The notes under the pieces are model-generated. The model saw only the letters and a program-made list of their open reading frames with translations, ran no database searches and was not told where the DNA came from. Shown one piece after another: positions 19,591 to 29,608 of a DNA stretch of 64,000 nt (position 1 is its first letter; every line of letters starts with the position of its first letter). The translations under genes and the position numbers were made by a program. Source of the DNA: Candidatus Actinomarinales bacterium (lineage in GTDB: Bacteria; Actinomycetota; Acidimicrobiia; Actinomarinales; Actinomarinaceae); the NCBI GenBank assembly GCA_004213405.1, contig SGYR01000001.1, forward strand, positions 8,866 through 72,865. Direction: 5' to 3'.

Positions 19591-20405
19591 ATGGAAAAAA
19601 TAGAATGTAAGGCTTGCTCAGCTTCGGTAGACAAATCAATTGAGTTTTGTTCAAGTTGTGGTGAATGGCTTGGTTTAAGCATAAAAGACGTAGAAACTTC
19701 AGGTGCTAAAACAGAACCTGAAGTTACTAGAAGAGTTAGACCTTCTAAAGAATTGTTGTCACAACCACTATCAAATTATGGTGCAACTTCTTTACCAACA
19801 AGAAATGAAGTCCCTGGTATCAGAGCGGTATTTTTTCTAGCGATAATCATCCCGTTAATTGCTGCGGCTAGTTACTACTACAACCAAAATATCGCAGAGG
19901 AAGTAATTGAAGAAATTCAAGTTGTAGAACAGTCACAACAACAAGTACCTCAACTACAGTGCAAAGCTTACTTCAGCTTCAATATCCATTTAGCTGTTCA
20001 TCTTCAAGTAGCCTTGGAGAAGGATGGTCTTGCGAAAAAATATATGATGATGAGCCGTCTTCGTGGCAAGATAACGGCTTAGAATGTGCAGATGCAACGT
20101 TAGAATTTACTTTCTCTAAAGATATTTATTTTCAATTTTTGACTTATGAAAACATAGAAGATTCAAAGTCTTTTAAGAGAAACTTCAAACCAAGAGATAT
20201 ATTAATAACATCAGAAGAAGAGGGGTTCTCAATAGAATATGAGCTTGAAAATCAAAACACTAGCTCACAATGGATCGATTTAAATACATCATCATCTGTA
20301 ATTACAATACAAATTTTAAGTGCATATCCTGGGGAAGAAGTTAATGGTGCAGAACCATTTCTAGAATGTTCTATTCAGGAAATTACTTTTTATGGACGTG
20401 GATAA
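19591..20405 (+). pseudogene. Zn-ribbon/TM/extracellular beta-sandwich (discoidin-like) protein split by a single frameshift near 19930 (pseudogene or sequencing error)
   Basis: ORF 19591 has CxxC..CxxCG plus a TM; the -1 frame continues TVTTTSTSTTVQ into ORF 19959..20405. Confidence 0.75.
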
Positions 20406-21561
20406 GATGGATATCAATTCTCTCAAGTCTCAATTTTCAAAATATAAAAAAGACTTGTTAGATCTTAATAAATACATGTATGAAAATCCTGAATTGGGAT
20501 ATCAAGAGATTAAGTCTGTAAATAAAATTACTAAACTTATCAAAAAGCATACAGCAGATGCAAAATTTAAAAAGTTTACTGATATTCCTACTGCTTTTAC
20601 TGCTTCAATCAATAATAAGCCCAGAAAAGAAAATATTACTATATGTATAGAATATGATGCATTGCCGAATGTTGGACATGCTTGTGGACATAACCTAATA
20701 TCATCCATTGGATTAGGTGCATTTTTTATCCTTTCGAATTATATAAACGATCTAGATTACGAAATAAAGTTAGTAGGTTGTCCTGCTGAAGAAATCATTC
20801 CATTAACCTATGAAAATGGTGGTGGTGGTGGAAAAATAAAACTTTTAAACCAAGGTGCCTTCGATAACACTGCATATTCTGTAATGATCCATCCGGCTAC
20901 AAGAAATGAGGTGGATCCTTTAATGATTGCAGTAAAACAAATTGATATAGAATATTTTGGTAAAGCTGCACATGCGTCTGGTTCAGCATATGTTGGAAAA
21001 AATGCATTGGATGCTCAAATCCTTGCATACAACAACATCAGTGCTTTAAGGCAGCAGCTACAATCTGTAGAAAAAGTTCATGGAATAATTACTCATGGAG
21101 GTGAGTCACCCAATATTATTCCAGATTACACAAGGTCAAGTTGGATGATTCGTGCTCAAAAAACAAAAGACTTAAATAGATTAGAAAAGAAAATTATAAA
21201 TTGTTTCAAAGGAGCTGCAGAGTCTACAGGGTGTAAGTTAAACATTGTTGAAGGTAATGGGACTTATGAAAATTTAGTCACAGATAAAAAATTAAAGTCA
21301 ATATTTATGGAAAATTCAAAAAAACTTTCTTTAGATATGAAAACCAATGAAAGTTATGATCAAAGCAAAAACGGATCTACAGATTTTGGAAATATTTCAA
21401 AACAAGTTCCTTCATTACACGCATTTCTTCAAATTGTTGATGATGATGGTAAGATTGTAAACCACCAACCTGAATTTGCTCATGCAACAGTTACTAAAAG
21501 AGCTACTGATATGATTGAAACTGGTAGTGTTCTTTTAGCTTCTACTATTTTAGATTTGTAA
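20392..21561 (+). CDS. M20D-family amidohydrolase
   Basis: ENPELG, EYDAL..GHACGHN, PAEE, GSTDFGN. Confidence 0.9.
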   Translation: MDVDKMDINSLKSQFSKYKKDLLDLNKYMYENPELGYQEIKSVNKITKLIKKHTADAKFKKFTDIPTAFTASINNKPRKENITICIEYDALPNVGHACGHNLISSIGLGAFFILSNYINDLDYEIKLVGCPAEEIIPLTYENGGGGGKIKLLNQGAFDNTAYSVMIHPATRNEVDPLMIAVKQIDIEYFGKAAHASGSAYVGKNALDAQILAYNNISALRQQLQSVEKVHGIITHGGESPNIIPDYTRSSWMIRAQKTKDLNRLEKKIINCFKGAAESTGCKLNIVEGNGTYENLVTDKKLKSIFMENSKKLSLDMKTNESYDQSKNGSTDFGNISKQVPSLHAFLQIVDDDGKIVNHQPEFAHATVTKRATDMIETGSVLLASTILDL

Positions 21562-22522
21562 ACCTTGCATCAATAGCATTCTTTACAAGTTGACTGTATA
21601 AATTTCCATCTAACTCTAAATAATTTTCAGCTTTTTTAAATTCCTCGGAAATCTTTGTTTTTGCCATTAATCGATTATCTGAATTTAGCGTTACCTTAAA
21701 CCCAGATTTCAATAGCTTTATGGCCGGATGATTATCAATGCCTACTGAACTTGCGCCGGATTTAACATTTGAAGAAATGCAAATTTCTAAAGGGATTTCA
21801 TAATCTAATACATGTTGAGCAATTTTAGAATTTGGTAAATATTGACCATCTTTAAATTCACAACCCTCAATAATTTGCCAACCATGTCCTATCCTCTGTG
21901 CTTGGCAATTAAAGACTGCATCTTCAATATACGATAAGTCAGCTGCTTCTCCTGCATGTATTGTAAGTCCTATGTCAGATTCTGAAATTAAATTACAGGC
22001 ATCTTTATGTAGAGAAGGTGGAAAATTATATTCTGGTCCAGCAAGATCAAATCCTATAACTTTATTATTAAAATTATCAATTGCAAGCTTAGCAACCTCT
22101 GTAGAGTTTTGATGTTGCCGCATTGCACACAAAATAGTATGAAACTCTCCACCAAAATCTTTTTCACCATCTCTAACTCCCTGTGAAACAGCGTCCACTA
22201 CTTGTTGAGGTGAGAGTTTTTCTTTAAGATGCTGTAAGGGAGCATATCTCAATTCACCATACAAAACACCGTCAAGAACCAAGTCCTCTATTGCTTCATA
22301 AGCAACTCTATGGATTGCATCTGTGTCTTGCATTACTGAAATTGTCATCTCAAATTTTTTAAATACTTGATTTTTTTCAGTTGAAATATTTTCATAAAAC
22401 CAATTTTCTAAATCTTTTTCATCATCTAAAGGTAAATCTATATTTTTAGAAGTAGCTATATCAATAATTGTTTTTGCTCTTAATCCACCATCAAGATGTT
22501 CATGTAAGGCTGAAAACTCCAC
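21545..22522 (-). CDS. add: Adenosine deaminase
   Basis: HEHLDG, HAGE, RIGHG, NSDN. Confidence 0.88.
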   Translation of the reverse strand: MEFSALHEHLDGGLRAKTIIDIATSKNIDLPLDDEKDLENWFYENISTEKNQVFKKFEMTISVMQDTDAIHRVAYEAIEDLVLDGVLYGELRYAPLQHLKEKLSPQQVVDAVSQGVRDGEKDFGGEFHTILCAMRQHQNSTEVAKLAIDNFNNKVIGFDLAGPEYNFPPSLHKDACNLISESDIGLTIHAGEAADLSYIEDAVFNCQAQRIGHGWQIIEGCEFKDGQYLPNSKIAQHVLDYEIPLEICISSNVKSGASSVGIDNHPAIKLLKSGFKVTLNSDNRLMAKTKISEEFKKAENYLELDGNLYSQLVKNAIDARFTNLK

Positions 22523-23841
22523 TATAAAAAGTCTCCTTCTGAAATTTTTTTATCAAAACCTGTTTTTACAAATATTTTATTTAAAGCATTCATTCCATCT
22601 TCTAAAACTGCTTGTTCATCAATTTGTTGGAATTCTGAATTTTTTAAAACACACTTCCCGTCAATATATACGTCATTGATTTCTTTAGATGAAGCACACA
22701 TTACTATATTGTTAACAACATCATGCAATGGAAGCATCCTAGGCGTGTTAATTAGTACTGTTATAAAGTCTGCTTTTTGATTTTTTGATAATTTGCCTGA
22801 AAATACACCACCAGATATTCTCTTAATATTTTCCTCACTGGCTTTTCTAAATACTTCTTTTGGTTTGATGAAGTTTTTTTTGGCTACGGAATTATTTAAG
22901 ACTAATGCAGTTCTCATTTCTTCTAACATGTCATAGTCATCGTTACCTCCAGAACAATCTGTTCCTATTCCCCAATCAACACTTAATTCTGACAAAAAAT
23001 TTGTATTCATTGGTTTTCCGGCTATTCCGTGAGTTGTTGGGCAAAAAACCGGAAAAGCTTTTGACTCTGCGAGTAACTCCAAATCTCCATCTTCTATAAC
23101 ATTGCAATGAGCAGCTATTACTTTTTCATTTAATATTCCAAGGTTATATGCATGTTTTATAGGAGAAGTTTTAAAATTAGATTTAATATACTCCATTTCT
23201 TTTTGAGTTTGAGCTAGATGAATATGTGTTAATAAATTATTTTCTAATGCATAATTACTTAATTCTTTTAGAATTTTTGGGCTAACTGTTGAAGTTTCAT
23301 GCGGTGCAACAATTGGGTGAACTGTTTTAGAATTTTTCCAATTACTATTAAATGACTTTGCTTGGTTAATTTGTTCATTACCTGTCCATGGACCATATTC
23401 AGTCATAATTGTGTGCCCAATAAATCCTCTTATGCCAATCGTTTCACATGCTTTTGCGACAGAATCAGCAAAAAAGTAATGATCATTAATTGAGGTTGTT
23501 CCAGATGATATTGCATCCATCATTCCTAATAAGGAGAGTTTATAAACCAAATCATTTTCTAAGGCAGGCTCAATACCCCACATCACATCGTAAAGTGCAC
23601 TTGCACTTCCATAGCCAAGTCCCTTTACAGAATTTAAAGCTACATGTGAGTGAGCATTTGTAAAACCTGGTGAGATTATTACATCTCCTAAGTCATTTAT
23701 GTTTTTAGAATCTTTAGAAATTGTTTCTATCGGTACTATACCCTCTATATAGTTTCCATTAACAATTAATACAGAATTCTCATGAACAGTTTTGTAATCT
23801 TCAACTATGTATCGGGCTGAGAAATATTCTTGATTTATCAA
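22522..23841 (-). CDS. Amidohydrolase of the MTA/SAH-deaminase/chlorohydrolase-like group
   Basis: PGFTNAHSH, GTT, APH, HLAQ, AHC, GTD. Confidence 0.85.
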   Translation of the reverse strand: MINQEYFSARYIVEDYKTVHENSVLIVNGNYIEGIVPIETISKDSKNINDLGDVIISPGFTNAHSHVALNSVKGLGYGSASALYDVMWGIEPALENDLVYKLSLLGMMDAISSGTTSINDHYFFADSVAKACETIGIRGFIGHTIMTEYGPWTGNEQINQAKSFNSNWKNSKTVHPIVAPHETSTVSPKILKELSNYALENNLLTHIHLAQTQKEMEYIKSNFKTSPIKHAYNLGILNEKVIAAHCNVIEDGDLELLAESKAFPVFCPTTHGIAGKPMNTNFLSELSVDWGIGTDCSGGNDDYDMLEEMRTALVLNNSVAKKNFIKPKEVFRKASEENIKRISGGVFSGKLSKNQKADFITVLINTPRMLPLHDVVNNIVMCASSKEINDVYIDGKCVLKNSEFQQIDEQAVLEDGMNALNKIFVKTGFDKKISEGDFL

Positions 23842-24768
23842 TTATTGTTCAGGAATAGGTACAGGTCTTACCCTTATTCTTTGTCTTATGCCAATAAGTA
23901 TTAACACAACAACTGTTAGAGCATAAGGGACCATTAAGATTAGCCTTGAGTCTAATTCATATACCCCTTGGAGTCTTATACCAATTGCGTCGCCTAAACC
24001 AAAAAATAAACTAGCACCAAATGTACCAAGTGGAGTATTGTTACCAAATGAAGAAGCAACAAGTCCTATATATCCTTTTCCAGCTGACATTCCCTCTGTA
24101 AAAAGAGTCATATTTTCAAGTGAAAGAAAAGTACCGCCTATACCTGCTAAAACTCCTGAAAAAACAACAGTTAACCATTTCATTCTTAAAGTATTAATTC
24201 CAGCATCTTCTGCAGCCTCAGGATTTTCCCCAGTAGCTCTAATAGCTGTGCCTAATCTTGTTTTGTAATAAACCAAATATAAAACAATAGCTAGGAAAAA
24301 AACAAGGTAAATTGAAGGTGTATACCCTGAAAAAATTTTTTCAAAACGAGTATCTACAAGAAAGTCAAAAGTTATTGGATCAATGCCTTGAATGGAAGGG
24401 TCTGAAAAAAAACCTCTACGTTTAAATAATGTTTCTAGTAAATATCTTGTACCAGCAATAGAAAAAATGTTAATTGCCAATCCTACTAAAACTTCATCTG
24501 CACCTAGATTGAAACTCAAAAAACCAAATAGAATTGCCGTAAGTACTCCAGCGGATACTCCCCAAATAAAACCAGTCAAGGCACTACCTGAGTAGTAGCT
24601 TGCTGCAATTCCAACAAATGCTGCATTGAGCATTTTACCCTCTAAACCAATGTTTAGAACACCAGAAGCAGAGCACATTGCCGCACCAAACCCAATTAAG
24701 GCAATTGGAGTCGCGCTTCGAATTAAGCTCCTAAAAAGAGAGATATCAAATATTTCAAGCCATTCCAT
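23842..24768 (-). CDS. Nucleoside (CUT2) ABC permease
   Basis: GVLNIGLEG, RATGENP. Confidence 0.9.
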   Translation of the reverse strand: MEWLEIFDISLFRSLIRSATPIALIGFGAAMCSASGVLNIGLEGKMLNAAFVGIAASYYSGSALTGFIWGVSAGVLTAILFGFLSFNLGADEVLVGLAINIFSIAGTRYLLETLFKRRGFFSDPSIQGIDPITFDFLVDTRFEKIFSGYTPSIYLVFFLAIVLYLVYYKTRLGTAIRATGENPEAAEDAGINTLRMKWLTVVFSGVLAGIGGTFLSLENMTLFTEGMSAGKGYIGLVASSFGNNTPLGTFGASLFFGLGDAIGIRLQGVYELDSRLILMVPYALTVVVLILIGIRQRIRVRPVPIPEQ

Positions 24769-25851
24769 TTATTTAATCTTTCTAGTAAAAAAAGCATCAA
24801 GTTTTCTAACGAATTTAAATCTTTCAAGAGAAGATACAAGCTTCTGTGCGCTTACAAAAAATATTAAAATTGAAAGAAGAATTACAACTATTTCTCGAGA
24901 AACTTCAGTTTTATAATCAACAAATAAACCTCCGTTTCTTAAAGCACTCCAAAATAAAGAAGCAATTAAACCACCGATTGGTTCTAATTTACCTACAATT
25001 GCAATAAGAATTCCATCAAACCCTTGGTTGAAAAGAAGTTCTTGGTAAAAATATCTAGCATTTCCAAGAATTTCGATACCACCAGCAAGTCCCCCAAGCC
25101 CTCCAGAAATTAACATTCCTGTTATTGCAGATCTATCTGAAGGTATTCCAAGATATGAACTATATCGAGATGGATAAAAGCCTACAAGACCATCACCGCC
25201 AGATCTTAATTCGTAACCAAATGTTGTTTTTTTAAGAATAAAATACGTTAAAAATGCAATAATTACCGCTATGAAAAAACCAGAGTTAAATTGTGAATTT
25301 GGAAAATATTGTTTTAATTCAGCAGTTTCTAATATTCTTGGAGTAGCAGGTGCTATAGGGTCTGCTCTAAATGGTCCATTAGCCATATAGGAAACAAACA
25401 GTACAGCAACGAAATTAAGAATAATTGTAGAAATTATCTCACTTACACCCGCATAAACTTTTAATAAAGCCGGTAGCAACATCCACAAACTTCCAGTAAT
25501 AATAGCAATAGCTATACATAGAGATACATGGGGAATATGGCCCAAGGATGTAAATTTATATCCTGCCCATGCAGCATATAAACCCCCGATATACATTGAT
25601 CCATTTATTCCAATATTGAACATACCAACTCTGAAAGAAACCACAGTAGCAATTGACGTTAGAATATATGGAGTCGCAATATTTAAAGTATTCAAAATAT
25701 TTCTCTGTCCAACAACAGCGCCTTCAAAAAATAATTTCCCAATTTCTCTAGGAACAAAACCAGTAACAGTTAATAAAACCCAAGCAATACCAATAGTTAT
25801 TATTGTTCCTGCAAAAAGAATGAGTACGTCTTTAAATGAAAATTTTTCCAT
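24769..25851 (-). CDS. Nucleoside (CUT2) ABC permease
   Basis: GMFNIG, EIISTIILN, GFDGI. Confidence 0.9.
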   Translation of the reverse strand: MEKFSFKDVLILFAGTIITIGIAWVLLTVTGFVPREIGKLFFEGAVVGQRNILNTLNIATPYILTSIATVVSFRVGMFNIGINGSMYIGGLYAAWAGYKFTSLGHIPHVSLCIAIAIITGSLWMLLPALLKVYAGVSEIISTIILNFVAVLFVSYMANGPFRADPIAPATPRILETAELKQYFPNSQFNSGFFIAVIIAFLTYFILKKTTFGYELRSGGDGLVGFYPSRYSSYLGIPSDRSAITGMLISGGLGGLAGGIEILGNARYFYQELLFNQGFDGILIAIVGKLEPIGGLIASLFWSALRNGGLFVDYKTEVSREIVVILLSILIFFVSAQKLVSSLERFKFVRKLDAFFTRKIK

Positions 25852-25853
25852 TA

Positions 25854-27380
25854 TTAATCCTTTATTCCAGCCATATATAGACCCATTTGTTGCTGATCTA
25901 CATCTTTAGGGTTTACCCATTCAACTATTTCACCCTCATAAATAACTGCAACCCTATCTGCGACTGACATAACCTCATCTAATTCTGCAGAAACTAATAA
26001 AACTGCTTTTCCAGAATCTCTAATCTCAATAAGTTGTTTATGAATTGCTTCTATATTTCCTATATCAACACCGCGAGTTGGTTGAGATGCTATTGTCAAT
26101 AGTGGATCTTCTGAGAGCTCCCTAGCAATAACAACTTTTTGTTGGTTTCCACCGGATAAAGATCCTGTTCTTACGAAAACTCCAGGTGTTCTGATATCAA
26201 ATTTTTCCCTTAGATTATTACTGTGGTCAACTACGTTTTTCATGCTTATAATTCCACCCTTAGAAAGAGGGCTTCTAAAATATGATGTTCCTACTAAGTT
26301 TTCCCAAATATCTAATTTCAAGTTAAGGCCTGTATTAGCCCTGTCCTCTGGAACATGTGCTAAGCCAGCTCTACGTCTTTTTCGCGGTGAAAAAGATTCT
26401 ATATTTTTACCATCAAATATAACCTCACCTTTACTTGTTGGCCTTAAGCCTGACAAAGCTTCAACTAGTTCTGTTTGACCATTTCCATCAACACCTGCGA
26501 TTCCAACAATTTCACCTTTATGAACATCTAAAGAAAAGTTTTTGACTGCAAGCAAACCTCTTGCATCATGAACCCATAAATTCTTTACTTCTAAAACTTT
26601 TTCAGTAGGTTTTGCTTTTTCTTTTTCGACTTGCATAAATACTTCACGTCCTACCATTAATTTTGCTAATTCTTCGGGAGAAGTATTTTTTGTATCGGAA
26701 ACCCCTTGAACTTTTCCATCTCTCATTACTGTAACTCTGTCAGAAATTTCCATAACTTCTCTTAACTTATGGGTAATAAAAATTACTGTTTTGCCTTCGT
26801 CAACAAGGCTTCTGATGACTTCAAATAATTCATCGGTCTCCTGTGGTGTAAGTACTGCAGTTGGTTCATCTAAAATTAAGATATTTGCGTTTCTATATAA
26901 AGTTTTAAGAATTTCAGTTCTTTGTTGAATACCAACAGATGCGTCTATCATTCTGAGTTTTGGATCAACATCTAATCCATACTTTTTTGCAATATTTGAA
27001 ACTTCAGAATTTAATTTATCCCAATCAATAAAACCTCTGGAATTTCTTGGTTCTTGGCCTAAACCTATGTTTTCTGCAGCAGTAAAAGAAGGCACTAGAT
27101 GAAATTCTTGATGAACCATACCTATGCCTAGTTCAATCGCTTTATCTACTTTGTTTATTTCAACCGACTTATCATTTATAAATATTTCACCTGAATCAGG
27201 TTGTTCAATTCCATATAAAATTTTTACAAGAGTAGATTTGCCAGCTCCATTTTCACCAACTAGTGCGTGTATCTCACCTTTTAAAACCTTGAAATCGACT
27301 GAATCATTAGCAGTAACTCCCGGATAGGATTTTGTTATATTTTTTACTTCTACTGCTGTTTCTATATTTTTTTGAGTCAT
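25854..27380 (-). CDS. Nucleoside (CUT2) ABC ATPase, double domain
   Basis: GENGAGKST, DEPTAVL, LSGGNQQK, QPTRGVD. Confidence 0.93.
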   Translation of the reverse strand: MTQKNIETAVEVKNITKSYPGVTANDSVDFKVLKGEIHALVGENGAGKSTLVKILYGIEQPDSGEIFINDKSVEINKVDKAIELGIGMVHQEFHLVPSFTAAENIGLGQEPRNSRGFIDWDKLNSEVSNIAKKYGLDVDPKLRMIDASVGIQQRTEILKTLYRNANILILDEPTAVLTPQETDELFEVIRSLVDEGKTVIFITHKLREVMEISDRVTVMRDGKVQGVSDTKNTSPEELAKLMVGREVFMQVEKEKAKPTEKVLEVKNLWVHDARGLLAVKNFSLDVHKGEIVGIAGVDGNGQTELVEALSGLRPTSKGEVIFDGKNIESFSPRKRRRAGLAHVPEDRANTGLNLKLDIWENLVGTSYFRSPLSKGGIISMKNVVDHSNNLREKFDIRTPGVFVRTGSLSGGNQQKVVIARELSEDPLLTIASQPTRGVDIGNIEAIHKQLIEIRDSGKAVLLVSAELDEVMSVADRVAVIYEGEIVEWVNPKDVDQQQMGLYMAGIKD

Positions 27381-27393
27381 GATATATATTTTA

Positions 27394-27429
27394 TATTTTC
27401 TAGCCCGAAAGAAATCGGGCTAGAAAATA
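27394..27429. other. Intercistronic 15-bp stem-loop between SBP and ATPase genes
   Basis: TATTTTCTAGCCCGA-AAGAAA-TCGGGCTAGAAAATA; no downstream U-tract. Confidence 0.8.
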
Positions 27430-27441
27430 AATTATTATATA

Positions 27442-28566
27442 TTAGCCACCAGCTGTAACGTCGGTAACTACTATTTCACCAGATACAATCATAGCTCTGA
27501 CTGCTGCGACTTCATCAATAAGCGCATCAATCTCTGCTGCCATGTCTGGATTGTTTTCTTTGAAGAGATTTGTTCCGTCAACAAGCCATGTTGATCCGAC
27601 AAAATTTTCTGCTAATCCATAGCTATCAATTGAGCTAAATACTTGTCCATTAGCTGCAATTGTGTCCTGGATAACTTTATAAACTGATTTATCAACACCC
27701 TTCATCATTGATGTAATCATTGTTCCTGGTTGAATGTAGTCTTGATTTGAGTCAACACCAACTGCATAATTACCAGTTTCTGCTGCTGCTTCGTATGCTC
27801 CATCACCTGTTGCACCACCAGCGGCAAAAATTACGTCAGCACCTTGTTCAAAGCAACTGAGCCCAATTTCTTTACCTTTTGCAGGGTCTCCCCAGCTTCC
27901 AGCATAACCTGCGCAGAATTCAACATCAGGATTTGCATATCTAGCACCTTCTTCCCAACCAGTTTGGAATTTTCTAATGATTGGAACGTCCATTCCTCCC
28001 ATGAAAGCTACCTTTCCAGTTTTAGAAAGTTTTGCAGCAATATAACCTACTTCAAAAGAACCTTCATGTTCTTTGAAAATAATATTTGCCACATTAGGCA
28101 ATAGATTTCCGTCATCATCAGTCACAACCATATCTACAATTGCAAACTGAATATCTGGATTAGCAAGAGCTGCTTCTTTAATTCTCTCTGCTTCAGAAAA
28201 GCTAATTCCAATAATTAATTCTTTCCCGTCAGCAATGAGATTTTGATAAGCTGCTGCTCTTTCAGATTCTTCGGCTTCAATAAAGTCGCCGTCGATTCCT
28301 AATTCAGCAAGTGCTTGATCGAAGCCTCTTTTCGCTGAGTCCATAAATGAACGGTCTCCTAAAGCTCCAAGTACTATACCTACTTTTAACGCTTCTGCTT
28401 CTGGCTCTGCTGCAGCTGCTGCAGTTGTAGCTGGTGAATCAAGAGTTTCTTGTTCTGCTACAGGTTCTGCAACCTCTTCAGTAGTTGATTCTGAACTGCC
28501 ACCACAGGCAGAGAGAATCAACATCAATGACAGAAGTACAAAAACGGATTTCTTTTTAGTAATCAT
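27442..28566 (-). CDS. BMP/PnrA-family nucleoside-binding lipoprotein
   Basis: Lipobox LSAC, GDRSF, FKEHEGSF, GADVIF, GVDSNQ. Confidence 0.92.
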   Translation of the reverse strand: MITKKKSVFVLLSLMLILSACGGSSESTTEEVAEPVAEQETLDSPATTAAAAAEPEAEALKVGIVLGALGDRSFMDSAKRGFDQALAELGIDGDFIEAEESERAAAYQNLIADGKELIIGISFSEAERIKEAALANPDIQFAIVDMVVTDDDGNLLPNVANIIFKEHEGSFEVGYIAAKLSKTGKVAFMGGMDVPIIRKFQTGWEEGARYANPDVEFCAGYAGSWGDPAKGKEIGLSCFEQGADVIFAAGGATGDGAYEAAAETGNYAVGVDSNQDYIQPGTMITSMMKGVDKSVYKVIQDTIAANGQVFSSIDSYGLAENFVGSTWLVDGTNLFKENNPDMAAEIDALIDEVAAVRAMIVSGEIVVTDVTAGG

Positions 28567-28657
28567 TAATTTACTCCTTCATTATTTAAATAATGATCTA
28601 ATAATTCTATCTGAAATTATTAATAGTGTCTTATTGATTAAAAGTAAATATTTAATT

Positions 28658-29590
28658 TTATGGGAGAAGTTTTGAGGTATTTGTTATTATATTAAACAAT
28701 TTTTTATCATCTACTTTGTTCATCCAGTGGACGTTTTTTTCTCTTCCAGAAATATTATTAATGTCGACCACAGTCTGCCCTAGTGTTAATTCTGAATCAA
28801 CCTCAACTTCGACATTGGTAAATTCTCCAGAAGTTAAAGAGCTATCGACTAAATAAGCAGTTACAAATGCATCATGTACGGGAGTTCCATCTGGAAACTT
28901 TTGTTTAACTATTTCTAAATCAGCTAGGGACCCCATTAATCCAACAAGATATTCTCCAGTAGTGGTGCCTGTTTCATGAATTGTATTTAGTCTTTCACTT
29001 GTAGAAATTGCTTGATGTGTAACGTCTAACCCCATCATTACCAATTTTGCACCTGAACTTAACACTACTTTTGCTGCTTCCGGGTCAACTAAAATATTAA
29101 ACTCTGCCACAGGTGTATGATTTCCAAAACCTGCTCCTCCTCCCATGAAAATAATTTGCTCTATGTTTTTAGCTAACTCAGGGTTAGCGCTTAAAACTTT
29201 TCCAATATTTGTCATTGGACCAAGAACACAAATGGTAATTTTCTCATCACTGTTTTTTAGTAATTCAGTTATGTAATCTACTGCTCCTATAAATTCTTCG
29301 CTTTTTGAAGGCTCAGGAAACCCAACACCATTTAACCCATCTGTTCCGTGAACCCATTCTGCTGTGAGTAAATCTCTATTTAAGGGCTTCGATTCCCCTT
29401 TGTAAACTGGGATACTGTTTCTATTGGCATGTTCGAGAATTCTAAGAGCATTTCTTGTTCCAACATCTACTCCAACATTTCCTCCAACAGTAGTTAATGC
29501 GAGTAATTCCTCATCCGTAAAGTGTGCTAAAGCAATGAGAATTGCTACGGCGTCATCAGTACCTGGGTCGGTATCGATAATGAATTTCAT
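28658..29590 (-). CDS. Inosine-uridine preferring nucleoside hydrolase
   Basis: DTDPGTDDA, HGTDG, GPMTN, AEFN, VHD. Confidence 0.93.
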   Translation of the reverse strand: MKFIIDTDPGTDDAVAILIALAHFTDEELLALTTVGGNVGVDVGTRNALRILEHANRNSIPVYKGESKPLNRDLLTAEWVHGTDGLNGVGFPEPSKSEEFIGAVDYITELLKNSDEKITICVLGPMTNIGKVLSANPELAKNIEQIIFMGGGAGFGNHTPVAEFNILVDPEAAKVVLSSGAKLVMMGLDVTHQAISTSERLNTIHETGTTTGEYLVGLMGSLADLEIVKQKFPDGTPVHDAFVTAYLVDSSLTSGEFTNVEVEVDSELTLGQTVVDINNISGREKNVHWMNKVDDKKLFNIITNTSKLLP

Positions 29591-29608
29591 TTAATTATTG
29601 TAGTATTT

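Noticed and set aside
28567..28657. Purine riboswitch upstream of the nucleoside transporter
   Set aside because: No purine aptamer core motifs, and the leader is too short
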